This document shows positions 38,067 to 50,959 of a stretch of 64,000 bases of DNA, one piece after another. The stretch's first letter is position 1. Each line of letters starts with the position of its first letter. Made by a program: the position numbers and the translations under genes. Below the pieces are notes generated by a model. It ran no database searches and was not told the origin of the DNA. It saw only the letters and a program-made list of their open reading frames with translations. Source of the stretch: Chlorokybus atmophyticus (taxonomy: Eukaryota > Plantae > Mesostigma and Chlorokybus algae); NCBI GenBank assembly GCA_009103225.1, contig RHPI01001517.1, positions 12,505 to 76,504 on the forward strand, in the 5' to 3' direction.

Positions 38067-38895
38067 GGGGACATGTACGTGCGTGGGCGGGCGGGTACAC
38101 AGCGTTTGAAGTAAAAAGTCGCGAGTCAACAGACCCTTACCACGGGCATTATGCTGCATATTCATTGCAGAGCAATGACTGTTCACAGCATGCTCAGAAC
38201 ACAGCCTGCTTTTGCACCCACATGTGTCTCCCAGGTCTTGCAACTCTTCAGGGCTCAACCCCAAGCCGTTGTCCAAAAATGCCATCTCTGTGATGGCCCC
38301 ATCTGCCGCTTCCGACATGCCAGCAATCTGCAGTAGAGTGCTGTTCCCGCCCTGCAGTAAGCTGTCGTTTCACACACTGATCTAAACAGGGCGACCACAC
38401 AGCCTGGCACATGTGTGTCTCAGGCTCGCGCTCTCACCTGCAATTTGCGCACGTTTTCGACCAGCTCGTGGATTAACGCAAAGGCATGCAAGCGCAGATA
38501 GCGCCACCACTCCTGCTTAGACAGTCTTGCATCCTGCATATATTGCATTATGTCCACATCGATAATGGAACCAACATGCAGAAACTGACTCCCCTCATTG
38601 TCCATGCACAACCGCCACAAACCATCCACATTCAACACACGCCCTGTAGTGCTCTGATCACAACAATCGGCGCATAAGCAGCAAGTCAGTTGTGAGTAGC
38701 AGCAGTAAGCCCCGCCATGCAAGCTCCATCAGAGCAGCTCCGCTTGATGCATCAAGTACAGTCAGCATGCTGCACTTTAAGTTCACTGAAGCGGCTGGCA
38801 GCCAGCAAGGACATGGATTTTACCTGCGTGCCCCTTTCGTTGGTTTATTCGATGGGCTCTCCCTGCCAGCTTCTCACCGGTGTGGCTTCTCCCAT

Positions 38896-39151
38896 GCTGC
38901 ACCACTGGACGCCAAGGCAAGAACAAAAAAATAGAGACGGTCACTATTGGATGAGTCACCATGTAAATAGCTGCTGAGGGACGAGATGTTGCATGCACAC
39001 AATAAGCGCTGTTACAATCGGTCGCTGCACCACTGGACGCCAAGGCAAGAACAAAAAAATAGAGACGGCCACTATTGGATGAGTCACCATGTAAATAGCT
39101 GCTGAGGGACGAGATGTTGCATGCACACAATAAGCGCTGTTACAATCGGTC
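38896..39151. repeat. Near-perfect 128-bp tandem duplication
   Basis: gctgcaccactggacgcc...tacaatcggtc at 38896-39023 and 39024-39151. One mismatch seen (acggtcact vs acggccact). Confidence 0.92.
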
Positions 39152-39803
39152 AGGTCACCATGCAGCACACAAAAACTTCCACCAGGTGCCAGAGCTGGTT
39201 TCTCAGCATCACAATCATGATTATCAGCAGCAACAGTACAATGCACAAACGCCACTGACGCATGCACCTCAAGCAGCATGCATGCCCAAGCTTGACATGA
39301 TCATTGTTTGACGCACAAGCAGGATTGCATGCACTACAGTGAGACCATTCATGCGAGCACAATCAGACCGCTCCACCTGATGCATCAACAAGTACGTGTT
39401 GCATGCAGACACAGTGAGTAACGGGATAAGCGCACTCTCACCTGCGTGCTCTTTCTGTTGGTCGACTGGATGGTATCCCCCGACCATGGCCAAGTGGTTG
39501 CCCGCGTGGCTTCCTCCATGCTCCCTTGACGTCAGCACCAACTGCACGTCAACACAAGCAGGAACACAGAACTGGTCGTTCAATAGCAACAGTGCCTCTC
39601 TGACCAGCAAACAGCACGCGCATTGCATGCAGTTGACAAGGATGGCATGCTCACAGGAGGTAAGCACACGGCCGCTTCCGACCACCTTCCTTCCGTCACA
39701 CCCGAATGCCTGCGCTCACAGCAGTCCAGCAGCAGCAGCAGCAGCAGCAGTCACTTACATCCTCAAGGGAAAGCGGCAACAACAGCAACTGCTCCGCCGG
39801 CTG

Positions 39804-39995
39804 GGCTTCATGAGCTTGAAGCCTGTAGCGACAGGCTTCAAGAGCTTGAAGGTTCAAACCCTCAGAGAAAACATCAGAGTGAGAGAGAGCCTGCTACAGG
39901 CTTTTCAAGAGCTCTTGACGCCTGTCGCCACAGGCTTCAAGAGCTTGAAGTCGAGCGCCAGCAGAGTCAGAGAGCCTGTCGCTAGGCTTCAGGCT
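39804..39995. repeat. Array of ~30-bp self-complementary units (cttgaagcctgt-NNNN-acaggcttcaagag)
   Basis: Hairpin cttgaagcctgt agcg acaggcttcaag, palindromes cttcaag-ag-cttgaag and tcaagagctcttga, and about 4 degenerate units. Confidence 0.85.
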
Positions 39996-40929
39996 CTTTA
40001 TACCTAGCGATAAAAGAGCACTCTCTCTCTCAGGCAAAGTGAACCGAGTGCGGCTGGCGGCAATGGGCGTGTGGTGGGCCTTCCATCACGGTGATATGCG
40101 CTGCACATGATATACGGAATCTGATTGGAGTGTTTTTGCGCAGTGTTTATGTCAAGCTGCTTTCATGACTCCTGCAGTACAGCTTATCATGGCGGGCTGT
40201 GTAGTCGTTGTCTTGCCTTGAGTGCAATGCGATGCAATGCAGTGCATGGCATGGCAACGCAATGCAACGCCTGCTTGTAGCTGCCTACTGCAGAGTAGAT
40301 AGGTAACTTGGATAGAGAGAAACGTGGAAAGCAGGGACTTGCGAAGCTGAAGAGTGCAAGACTGCCACACCGACAGCAATGGTGCTGTGCATGTGTGCAA
40401 TATGACTCATACCCTATGCAAGGCGCATGGCAGAGTTTCCTTAGATTGGTTGCTTTCTTTGTTTCCCAAATCTCACTCCAACTCCATTGGATTAGATGAC
40501 TTCCAGTGGAGGTGGCATTGTGGATTTTGAAAATGTACTGCACGCCTTGTTACTGCCGAGATGATGTGAGAGACACCATAGAGACATATTCAAAGAAAGC
40601 CGGTTTCCACTGTGCACACAGATGCACAGAGCGCAGCGCACTCATGCGCACGCTCCCATATTACAAGTGTACATAGGTGCTGTACGCTCAGTTTCACCTA
40701 TCCACGCACACTGACAAACCCCTAAGCCGGCAGTTGACAAGACGGCAATAGGAGGCTGGCGGCGACGGCGGCGGGGGTGTGGGTGAAGCGGGAGGGGGAG
40801 TCCGTTGAGTCCTGCTGCTAGCGTGGCCGCTGCTGCTGCAAGAAGGCCGCTGACCAACTGGTTGGGGTCTTTTGCTACAAGCAGGTTGACATGCAAACAC
40901 ACCTACTTTGAGCCAAGCACGACCCCGGT

Positions 40930-42765
40930 TGGGACTTACCATGGACAGCTCTGTCCAAGCGCACGCGGAAGAGCCTTATGAGCGTACCCGTCTCAGGAAT
41001 CTTGTCAAACTCATCTTGCAAGTCTTCTGCGCACTCATATGGAGACTCGTTGTTGAAAAAAGCGCGCAAATGGACAGGTGCACTTGTGGCGTCGGTAAAT
41101 CGCAGTCCCATTGTGTTGTCTGCAAGCACCCAACCACCTCACAACATGACTACCACATAAATTGTATGCAATTTTGGTTGTGTGCGTATGCACTTGCTGT
41201 TGTTTTGAAAGTACAGAAAATACATGCATTCTGTGTACTCAACTGGAGGGTGCCAAGCAGATCAAAGCGGACAGCAGCGCCCCCATGCCATCCGGGTCTT
41301 CATTTCTGCTCAGGTTGATTCCAAAGCGGAGTCCGGAGTATTGGGTGAAGGCATCCTTTTGGCTTTTGTACTTCGTGAAGACAAACACATCCTCGGTCAG
41401 GCTGGCGCTGGCCAGGTTGAAACCTTGACTGAACCAAGCCTACCAAGCCTTCCCGACCGATGGCTGGCATACCCTGCAGAAAAGGCACGAGATGGGTGTA
41501 TGCATGTGTGCTGCGCTTGTGAAAGTGTGTGTGCAGCCACCCACGTGCCTGCCTGCCTGCATGCACATCATATGTGCAGCCACCCATGATTGGTGGCTGC
41601 ATGGCAAAGCGCGTGAATATGTAAGTGCACGGTGTTGTTCGCTGTATGTCTTTGGTTTTTGTCTTGAGGAGGGGGGTTCATGCACGCACATGGGCGCACG
41701 CATGCATGAGTGAGTGCGCATATGTGAGCATGAATGCATGCGTGTGGTTTGTGCATAAGTGCGTGCATGGGTGCGTGCATAAGCACTTGGAATGGACAAG
41801 CCGCAACCAAGAGCCTTACCACTATGGGAAGATTGCATTGCATGCCTGTCCAGCAGACAACCTTCTTCCGCACCCACCTGTGTCTCTCAGCTCTTGCAGC
41901 TCTTCAGGGCTCAACCCCATGCCACTGTCCAGGAACAACATCGGAGTAAAGGCCCCATCTGCACCTGCCTTGGCATCAATCTTCAGCGAAGTGCCAGTCC
42001 AGACGCCCTGCAATAGCAAGCTCTTGACCTATCAAACACTCCAGGGCGACCACATATCCTCACATGTGTCTTTCATGCTCGCATAATTTACCTGCTTGTC
42101 GCGTGCATGCTCAACCAGCTCGCGGATGAAAGCAAAGGCATGCCAGTGCGAACAACGCTTCCTGCGCAGAGTTTTGAATGATGTACAGAATACACCATAC
42201 AACATTTCTACGTAGTGACAACCTAACTGACCAACTGCAGAAGTCAACTTTCCCCCTTACTGTCGGCCGTACACAATGCACAAACGCGGAAAACGTGCAC
42301 AAACCTCAACAAACGTAGTATGTAACACTCTCACCCGTGTAGCTGCCTCAATGCAGAAGCACTGTACGCCAGGGCCAGTCATAGTAATAGTGCAAACAAC
42401 AACAAATATGTTTCTCTGGCTGCTGAGTCGCAAAGTGTTGCGTCACACACCAAGCGCTGTTTCTGTCGGTCAGGTGACCTTGCGCCACACAAAGATCCAT
42501 GAAACAGTTCTCGAGCTGGTTTCCCCTCACTGTCACCAGCAACATAGTCACAATGCACAAACGCCACCGGGGTGCCTGCACCTCCAGAAGCCTTCTGCTG
42601 AGTAGCATGCATGCCCTAAGGAATGATGTTGTTTGATAGTCAAGGGGGCAACGCGTTTAGAACATGAGGGCCACCATGCCAGCACCACGAAACCGCTCTA
42701 CTTGATGCATGCAATAACTACATGTTGCAACCTGACTATTACTACTACTACTACTACTACCACTA

Positions 42766-42804
<39 letters not shown>

Positions 42805-43200
42805 TTTCTTCTTCAGTCATGCAGTAAAGACAATCTCACCTGCGTGCTCTTGGTTGGTGGACTTGATGGTCTTGCGCAGCCATGGCCAGCTGGTCGCCCG
42901 TGTGGCTTCCTCCATGCTCTTGACGCCAGCTACCACGCCAACACACACAAGGAACACAAACATATTCAAGCAACAGCTGTGCTCTTACCGTCAGCGCACA
43001 AACTGCACATGCAGCAACGCTGGTTGGGGCCAGCACGAAGCAGTTGAGCCTTGCCGCCTGCATACCTTGCACCCGGCTCTCAAGCGCTCGCTGTTGAGGA
43101 TTGGATGCTCCAAGCAGGCAGCCAGGCAGCCCTTTCCTATCCTCAGCTTCCTCCACGCAGAAATGCCTGCTACGCTCACAGCAGGCACGCAGCAGCAACC
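40930..43200 (-). pseudogene. MORC: MORC-family ATPase copy C, tandem with B, truncated and disabled
   Basis: Exons SHWHAFAFIRELVEHARDKQ (catalytic N->H), FLDSGMGLSPEEL, GFNLASASLTEDVFVFTK and SPYECAEDLQDEFDKIPETGTLIRL. Frameshift in the G2 box at ~41425-41450. No further homologous exons after ~40930. Confidence 0.8.
42735..42804. repeat. (ACT)n microsatellite
   Basis: About 23 imperfect ACT units. Confidence 0.95.
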
Positions 43201-43347
43201 ACGTTCAGCTCAGCAAGCGGGACAGAAGCAACTCCCAAACGTCAAGTCTGCCGAGGCAGCGCCGCCGCCGTCGCTCCCTCCACCGCCAGCAAGCGGTGCA
43301 CTTCTGCGGAGAGCTTTGAGCGCTCGAACCTTGTCAAGCTTGCCTAC

Positions 43348-43716
<369 letters not shown>

Positions 43717-44286
43717 NCGTTGCGGTGACGCATGCTGAACATGATGTGACTCTCAGCAATGACATGGTTGTCATGCTGCTCATGCAGCGACAACATGCTG
43801 ACTTCTGGTACTGAGTATGGCAGGGCTGTGGTCGTTGTCTTGCCTTGTGTGCAATTCGTGCTTGCCTGTAGCTGCCTACTGCGTGCGTGCGTGCGTGCGT
43901 GCGTGTTCTGTTTGAATGCGTGAGATGAATAGTGAGTACAAGATACGTAGGCACAACGAACCAGGTTGTGTGTGTGTCACAGCGGCATGCATGCATTCAC
44001 CTGACAAAACTGCGCCACCTATGCGTAGTTATGCAGTCAGGCCAGCAGGCAACACCTATATTGGACCAGCGGCGGCAGGGGTTGATTGCGTGCATTGCTG
44101 ACACTCAGTTGGTAGGCACAGTCATCAGATGGAACATTACAAGCGAGGTACGACCATAAAAACAGCGCTATGGGCTTGCCCAAGCCCCCAGACTGTACAA
44201 GCAGCACTGACAGCCAACACTAGCATGTCAGTGATAATGGAGGGTTGGAGCAGCACACAAACCACACGCAAACAGCAGGCAAGTAC

Positions 44287-44344
44287 CTGGTGCGGCCTCC
44301 ATAAATGCCATGCAGCTGCAAGGCACTTATGGAGGCCGCACCAG
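44287..44344. repeat. Inverted repeat / hairpin with 23-nt arms
   Basis: ctggtgcggcctccataaatgcc (44287-44309) pairs with ggcacttatggaggccgcaccag (44322-44344), with one mismatch. The 12-nt loop contains the palindrome tgcagctgca. Confidence 0.9.
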
Positions 44345-45884
44345 CGGCAGCAGTGGTAGCAGACCACGCACCTGCAAGGTTGCACCGCAGCTACTGAAAA
44401 TGCGGAGTGCAATTGCCCTGCATGCATGCAACCAGGATTATGAGCACTTGACATTGCAAGTACACGGCTGTACTTGCAATGGGAGCCCGCATAGGGTTGT
44501 TTTGTGGGGCTCAAGGTGACGACCAACAATACCACTGCTATTAACCAGTGCCCATCTTGTAGTTGCATATATGTGTGCATGCGTGCAACCGTGTACACAC
44601 CATGCGGGGTGCAATGCGTGTGTCACTGAGTGTGTATGTGCGGGTGGACAGTCCGTCTGAACTGCATTGCACGCTGCTATTATTGCAGTTTGTGTAATCA
44701 CTTGCGTTTATGCGTGCGTTGCGTATGTGCACAAAGATGGTATGTGTTGTCGACTACAAGCACACACCCAAAGGAGTCCCTAGCGCAGTGAAACAATGCT
44801 GGACATTGAGAAACATTCAATAAGATACGATAATAGCCCCGATATGGCTTTGAATCGGTATATGATACATACAGGCACACAATGCATTGCACGCTATCAA
44901 CAGGAAACAAACACCACGCATTACAGAGGAGGCCTTGCAGACATTGACATCATAAGTGTCCAAAGATCAGAGACACGGTTCAACACATGTGCGCGCTGAG
45001 TGCCGTCCGGAATGGACAGGCGCACATCTACATTCAGCAATAAGCAGCAACGAGCTGACACTTTGTATGCCACATTCCGTCGAGGATATTTCTGCATCCA
45101 GGTCAATAGGTTAGTCGGTCAGCTTGCCCTCCACATGAATATAGCCGCCAGAAGGTTGCAGGACGACTTGAGTCCGGAAGGGTCTGGCGCAGCTAGAAGA
45201 ATGATGATAGCTTGGTGGCTACTCTACCATATGGCATGTATGGCCGCTTAAAAACTGCTCTTGAAGCTAGCTACGTGGCGCAAGTTGAAGCGCAGGTTGA
45301 GTGTGCTAGATGCAGTAGCTTCTAGAGTAGAAGCATGTACAGCTGGCGGGTATAAAACCCGTGAACATGATGGCAATAAATGGTTTTATATGGTCTCCTG
45401 AAGCTAGTGTTGCGGCGTGTACTTGTGCATGTGTATGCTTGGCATCGTCCATCTCCAACACATGTAGCGCTGCTATTGATGGCATGAGTACCATAGCATA
45501 CATGCACCATTGCGTGAACAGAAGGACAATCTCTGTCCTGGGTTTATGTATAGAACCAGTTTGAGCAACACACATGAGGCGCACATGTGAATGGCACTTC
45601 AGCAGCAGCTCGGAACTGTGACAAAACCTCAGCATCTGCAACAGCTGCGTAGCATACATCGAGTCTGTATATGAAACAGGCTATCTGTGCGTGCCTGGCC
45701 CTGTGCATAGCAGTGCACACTACATGTGCCTTGGTAGTGCACATGAACATACAGAAGAAGACAGCAGCAAAAGTTGAACACCAGGCACAACATGCCAGCT
45801 GTTTTGCAACTGCAGATATAGCCTGCTGACAAATGTTAATGGAGCAACCTGCCACACACGCCGCGGTCTACTGTTACACGAACA

Positions 45885-48800
45885 CTACCTCTTGCCTAGA
45901 AGTCTTGGGCCAACCTCATTGCATTTCTCAACGTACTCTGCTGTCTGCATTTCAACTAGGCGCGAGATGGTGCGAGATGATGCGAAGTATGTGAAGTTGT
46001 TGCCTGGCAGATCGGCAAGTGAGGTCTTCAGCCCTGTGCCGGACCACTCCATCCCTCCCACCATGGTTGCGCCACTCTGCCCAACCGCACCACCCTTGGT
46101 GTCCACCCACATTTGCACGCCATGATCAGCAGGCGCCTCCACAGCAGCAGCTGCAAAATAGAAAGGGCAGTCGCAAACAACCAGTCAGCACCTACTAGGC
46201 GCTGCACTGAAGCAGGGTTTGCACATGCCAAAGTTTGCAGTTCCTTTCTGCTGCGCAGAGGCATGTGCTACACACCTTGTCCACTATGCCCTCGCGAGCC
46301 AAGCCACAATTTCCTGCTAGGCTTGCTCTTGGTAACAAGCTGCGTTCGCTCGGGCGTAGTTTCCAGAGACTTGACGTCTGGATCCATGGGGTCGTAACCC
46401 TGGCACCCTTCTTCCCGCGTCCAGTCAAACAGCTTGTCAACGGGTGTCTCTGCTGATGCAACCAGCAGCATGTGATGCTCGTACATCACATCCACCAGGT
46501 TAATGAACCGCCGAGCCTGCCATGAAAGCTTGCTCAAGACCACAACCTTAAGAAGTGCCACGCTCCAGGCATTCATTGAGATAAGATACAAAAGCAGAAC
46601 TTGGAACCACTACCTCTCCCTCCCGATACATTGTCAATCGTGGCACATTGTCAAGCACCAGTGCTTTGTACTCCGAGGTCAGAGCCAAGTAATCTGACAC
46701 CCCAAGTGCAGCGCTTCGCCCGCACAACTGGTCAAAAGAAAATCTACAAACCTCGTTGTCCACTTGGGCAGGCACTGCGGAACACGTCAAGTCAGTGAGC
46801 GATACACAATAAAGACAATACCAAATGTGCAACTCACCTGCAAGCTTGCGACCCATCATGACAGGAATCACCCTGGGCTGAGGTGTTGTTGTGCCAGCAA
46901 GTCGCTTGAAAACGGTGTCCATGTGCCTGAGACAGATTGATAACACGGCACATCAGCAAGTAACAACCTACAAACTTGCCAGCCATATACACACATGAGC
47001 CACCGCAGCTTACCTTTGCACATCAGGTGTCAACGGGGCGTTGAACACTGTTGCGATGCGCTGATTGCGGGAACGGTAGTCAATGGTGTCTGACAGGTCA
47101 TACACTTCACATTTCTGCTTGACCTCCGCTATAAATGGCAGAAACTGCATGCATACCACATTCAGCCAACTAAACAAAAGGTAAGCGTGGATTGCTTGTC
47201 CATACCAGCTGACGGTTCAAGCCGTTCTTGTACAACTCATCTGGACTACGGTTGCTGGTAGCCACCACAACACAACCATTCTCGAACAAAATGTCAAACA
47301 ACCGTCGCAAGAGCAATGCATCCGCGACGTCTGTCACCTCAAGCTCGTCAAAACACAGCAGCTTGGCACTGCTTGCAATTTCCTGCGCAACCTGTACACA
47401 TATACATAACATTGTTGACAAGGAAAATGAGAGGAGTTGACCAGCTGTAATTAACGCCACCAGATCAGTGCGTTCCTCACCTTCGGGACAGGATCACCAG
47501 AGGTAGTCTTGGCAAGCTCATGGATGCGGTGGTGAACATCAAGCATGAAAGAATGGAAGTGCACTCTGCGCTTGGCTTCCACAGGAGCGCAGGTATAAAA
47601 CAAGTCCATCATCATTGTCTTGCCAGTGCCTACACCACCATACATGTATATGCCACGTATGCTTGGCGGAGGTGACGATGAAAACCAACTGGACAGCCAA
47701 CCCCTGCAGCCATCTCAGCCATCAGTGTGAGCACTACTTGTATTAACAAGAAAACCTGCCAGCAGCCTTGTAACACAATCCATGTTGCATGCAAGGTGCT
47801 GTCCAACCAGCCTGGCAAGCAAGGACAAGGGCAAAAACAGGCACAACCTAGGACATTCGCTAACCTTGACTGGCCGGCATGGGTTTGTTTTTCAAGTTGA
47901 TCGTACAAACGTTGGAGGCCAGCCACGACCTCTACCTGCACATGCCACATTGTGTTCGACGCTTTCAAGCAAAGATTATGGCGCGCATGCTAAGCACAGT
48001 GGCGCTGATAACCTGCAGCTGTGATGACGCGTGCAATGTGCAAAACCATGATACCCACCTGGCGTGGATCACCAGGTCGCAGTTCTCCAGCATCTACCCG
48101 GCGGTGGTATTCTGCTAACGGCCCCTCAGCTACATGATCAGTGGCATCATGGATATCCTCGTCATCATCTTCATGCAGGACTGCAGCGCTGTGGTTGGCT
48201 TTAAACTGGCCAGCATCACCACGCACACCAGCCCTATGCAAGTCTCGTCCAGAAGTGCTTGCAAAGCCTGAGCGGAGCACGGCAATTTAGCTTTTGTCCA
48301 AGGTCAATAACCACTCGCAATGATGTCAGCAAGTGTGAGAGCGTTGTCAGCTATTGCATATGCGCTACCGGCAATCATCAGAACCAAAAGCCGGGAGGAT
48401 GACATTGACACAACTAAGAAGCAAGGCACAATCTTGGACTGCGGTTGTTATGTGATTATGACCACGAGCCCCTGACCATAGCGAGACGCGTATATGTGGC
48501 ATAGTCACACCTTGTGTAGCTTTGCAGTGATGTTGGTGTTATGACGCTGCGTGCAGCACCCTTGCGGTGTTAACATGTAGTTGCAACAAATTCAGAACAT
48601 GGATTTAAATACGTGCCCCTGAAGGATTGAAATGCTTTGTGCGGATAGTAGTTCAGAGCAGCTAAGGAAGTTTGTTACTGGCAACCAACACACCGATGAC
48701 TTGCGGCGTGATGACCAACGGAACTGCCTGAGCAATGTTCCAAGACCACACCTTCAAACAAAGAACTGGACAGGCTAGCGTCCGCAGTGCTGCTACTTTG

Positions 48801-48929
48801 ATTGCGAGCGTGCGTAGGGGCGGCGGCAGCGGCGGCGGCGGCGAAAGCTCGGCGAGTAGCAGGCAAGCTTCGCCTGGCTCCAGCGACAAAGCGCGCCCCT
48901 ACGCGAACAGCTCCGAGCACTGCCACCAT
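45885..48929 (-). CDS. AFG1L: AFG1-like / LACE1 (ZapE family) mitochondrial ATPase, multi-exon
   Basis: Arg/Ala-rich presequence-like N-terminus. Walker [34 protein letters not shown], Walker [48 protein letters not shown] and [11 protein letters not shown]. Confidence 0.95.
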
Positions 48930-49193
48930 GTCCAAACCCCAATAACCCGCACCTCCTCAACACTCTTGACAACGGCAGCCACAGCCCAACACTCCTGTCC
49001 CTTGACTTGACCTCCCTGAGGGAGGCTCCCTCAACGTCAACAAGCGAACACCACCAGCTCCAGCCAACCAGCCCTTACACCCCAGTCAGCAGGCGGGCTT
49101 ATCCCACGGCTGTCGCAGACCAGTTCAGCGACCACTACCACACCAACACCCACGCCACCGTCTCCACCACAGCCGCCGGCGACGCCAATCCCA

Positions 49194-49207
49194 AAACCTA
49201 ACGTTAG
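49194..49207. promoter_or_regulatory. Candidate promoter motif AAACCTAACGTTAG (copy 2)
   Basis: Identical to 25349-25362. It lies ~265 bp upstream of the AFG1L ATG. Confidence 0.35.
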
Positions 49208-50596
49208 TCCTACTCTAGCTCGTCTGCACGATGTGCCAGCTGGCAGTCAGCATGAATCGTGCTCATCCATCAGCTGGATCGTAGTTATCCATACAGGTCA
49301 ACTGACCGTCAGCCCTGCGCTGATCCACGGACAATGGTTATCTTTAACCTATGATTAGCCGGATAAGGGTATAGGGCAGTGGACCGGTATAGCCTGACTA
49401 CGCCATGTACTTAGGCCGTTTATTATCGGCTATATTGGTTGATCGGCCTTGGTCAAACGCCGCTGCGGCGCCTTTGTGGCGGCATTATTGCGTTGATGTT
49501 AGCGTTGTTGACGGCGGCAGAGCGCAGATCAGTCGTCCGCATCACGACGGACGCGGCCGCCACGTCAGAGGGTGAGTCCGAACGTCGTTGGTACCACATT
49601 TGGTTGCGTGACTTGCCGCCCTTCAGCGTTGCCCTTTGTGCGCTTTTTCGACGCACGCCCGTAAACAGTGTTCAGCACACTGGCGGCCCAGCGTACACAG
49701 GTGTGGTGGTTGCAAGCATCAGTGAAACCACTTTACATGCACTTATGGTTGCCAATATATTGTACACGCATTGCACATAGCACATTGGCGCTTAGCATAG
49801 TGGAGCGTGATGGCCCCGGGCGTAACTGTGCTTGCCTGACCTGCTGATGTGGTGTATGTGATATGTGATATGTGCGTGCACGGACTGCATGTGTGAAATA
49901 CGACTTATACCCTATACATCTGCACGTATACGCTTGCACGTAGCATAATGATTGCTTCAATAGAGATTGGAGGTTGTCAGTTGCACCCCCTGGCCAAATT
50001 TATGAAGTTGTTTTGGTTTGTTGCTTGTATTATTGGCTTTCCACGTGCCCTACCTACTTCTGCATGAACTATCATATTGTATGCAAATACAGGAACGTGT
50101 ATTTTCATATGGTACTACTTAAAAAATAATTCAATATAATGCATTGGTTGTTATCGCATGTTTGCAGGTTCAATCAAAAATGAAATGCATGAATTGCATT
50201 AACGTCAATGAGGCTGATGCATTGATGCATTACGTTGATTAACTGTATATACTATATTATTGATAATGCGCTGTAAGCAACTTGCTGCCCCCCCCCACAC
50301 CCACCCACCCCTCTTTCTGAAAGTAAAGGGGGGAGGCAGGGGGGCATACAACCCCATTTCATTGCCCACCCACCCTCTTCTAGGGTGGGATTGAGGTGAG
50401 CGTGCAATAGCGTGTTTGTCATAACTCGCTAAAATCCAGTATACCTCCTTGATGGGAGAAGGGGAGGGGAGGAAGTGTGCGTAATCATGCACACATGACG
50501 ATCCGCACATCAACATGTGATTGTACTTCATCTAGCATGATAATACTACCCCTCTTGTGTTACAAGTTCTGTTTTTAACACCCCCCCCCCCCCCCC

Positions 50597-50737
50597 NNNN
50601 NNNNNNNNNNNNNNNNNNNNNNNNNNNNNNNNNNNNNNNNNNNNNNNNNNNNNNNNNNNNNNNNNNNNNNNNNNNNNNNNNNNNNNNNNNNNNNNNNNNN
50701 NNNNNNNNNNNNNNNNNNNNNNNNNNNNNNNNNNNNN
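50597..50737. other. Assembly gap (141 N) flanked by poly-C
   Basis: N run between C homopolymers. Confidence 0.99.
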
Positions 50738-50959
50738 CCCCCCCCCCCCCCCTATCTGGAGTCATTAATATGTGTAACAACCCATTCAGCTTAACTCAGG
50801 AGATAAGTGGCAGGCTTTATGCACCAGCAGTTCACTCACAGTACAACCAGCGGAGACAAAACATAGTAAGCCGCACAGCATAACCACACCCTCACAATCA
50901 AGCAAGTCAATCAATCAAAACCACATGCCACGTCAATAATGGTACAACTCAATGAACAC

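Larger units (their letters stand above)
36320..39530 (-). pseudogene. MORC: MORC-family ATPase copy B, inverted relative to A, disabled; 3' end unresolved
   Basis: Exons paralogous to A: HAFALIHELVENVRK, FLDNGLGLSPEEL, SPYECIEDLQDEFNNISGTGTLIRL, LNDDRIVYNRKELYKHEDSK, VSDLGVYLAHANLPK, MTILVNGVEVD. There is a +1 frameshift in the G2 box near 37617-37627 and a TAA in one copy of the N-terminal exon. Confidence 0.8.

Noticed and set aside
39804-39995. CRISPR-like appearance (palindromic repeats with unique spacers)
   Set aside because: Units are degenerate, partly abutting and irregularly spaced. The context is a eukaryotic intron-containing locus with no cas genes.
44796-45251. 152-codon plus-strand frame with a single TGA (possible selenocysteine or read-through)
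   Set aside because: No recognisable protein, no redox motif around the TGA and no SECIS identified. Such frames arise by chance at this GC content.
49011-49032. Overlapping alternative hairpins in the AFG1L 5' region (cctccct-g-agggag-g-ctccctc)
   Set aside because: Stems are only 7 bp with 1-nt loops, and the sequence is low-complexity. Not convincing as a switch.
49439-49780. Plus-strand ORF with hydrophobic start and a GTGAGT donor, divergent from AFG1L
   Set aside because: No downstream exons or family similarity could be identified. It may be promoter-associated sequence.
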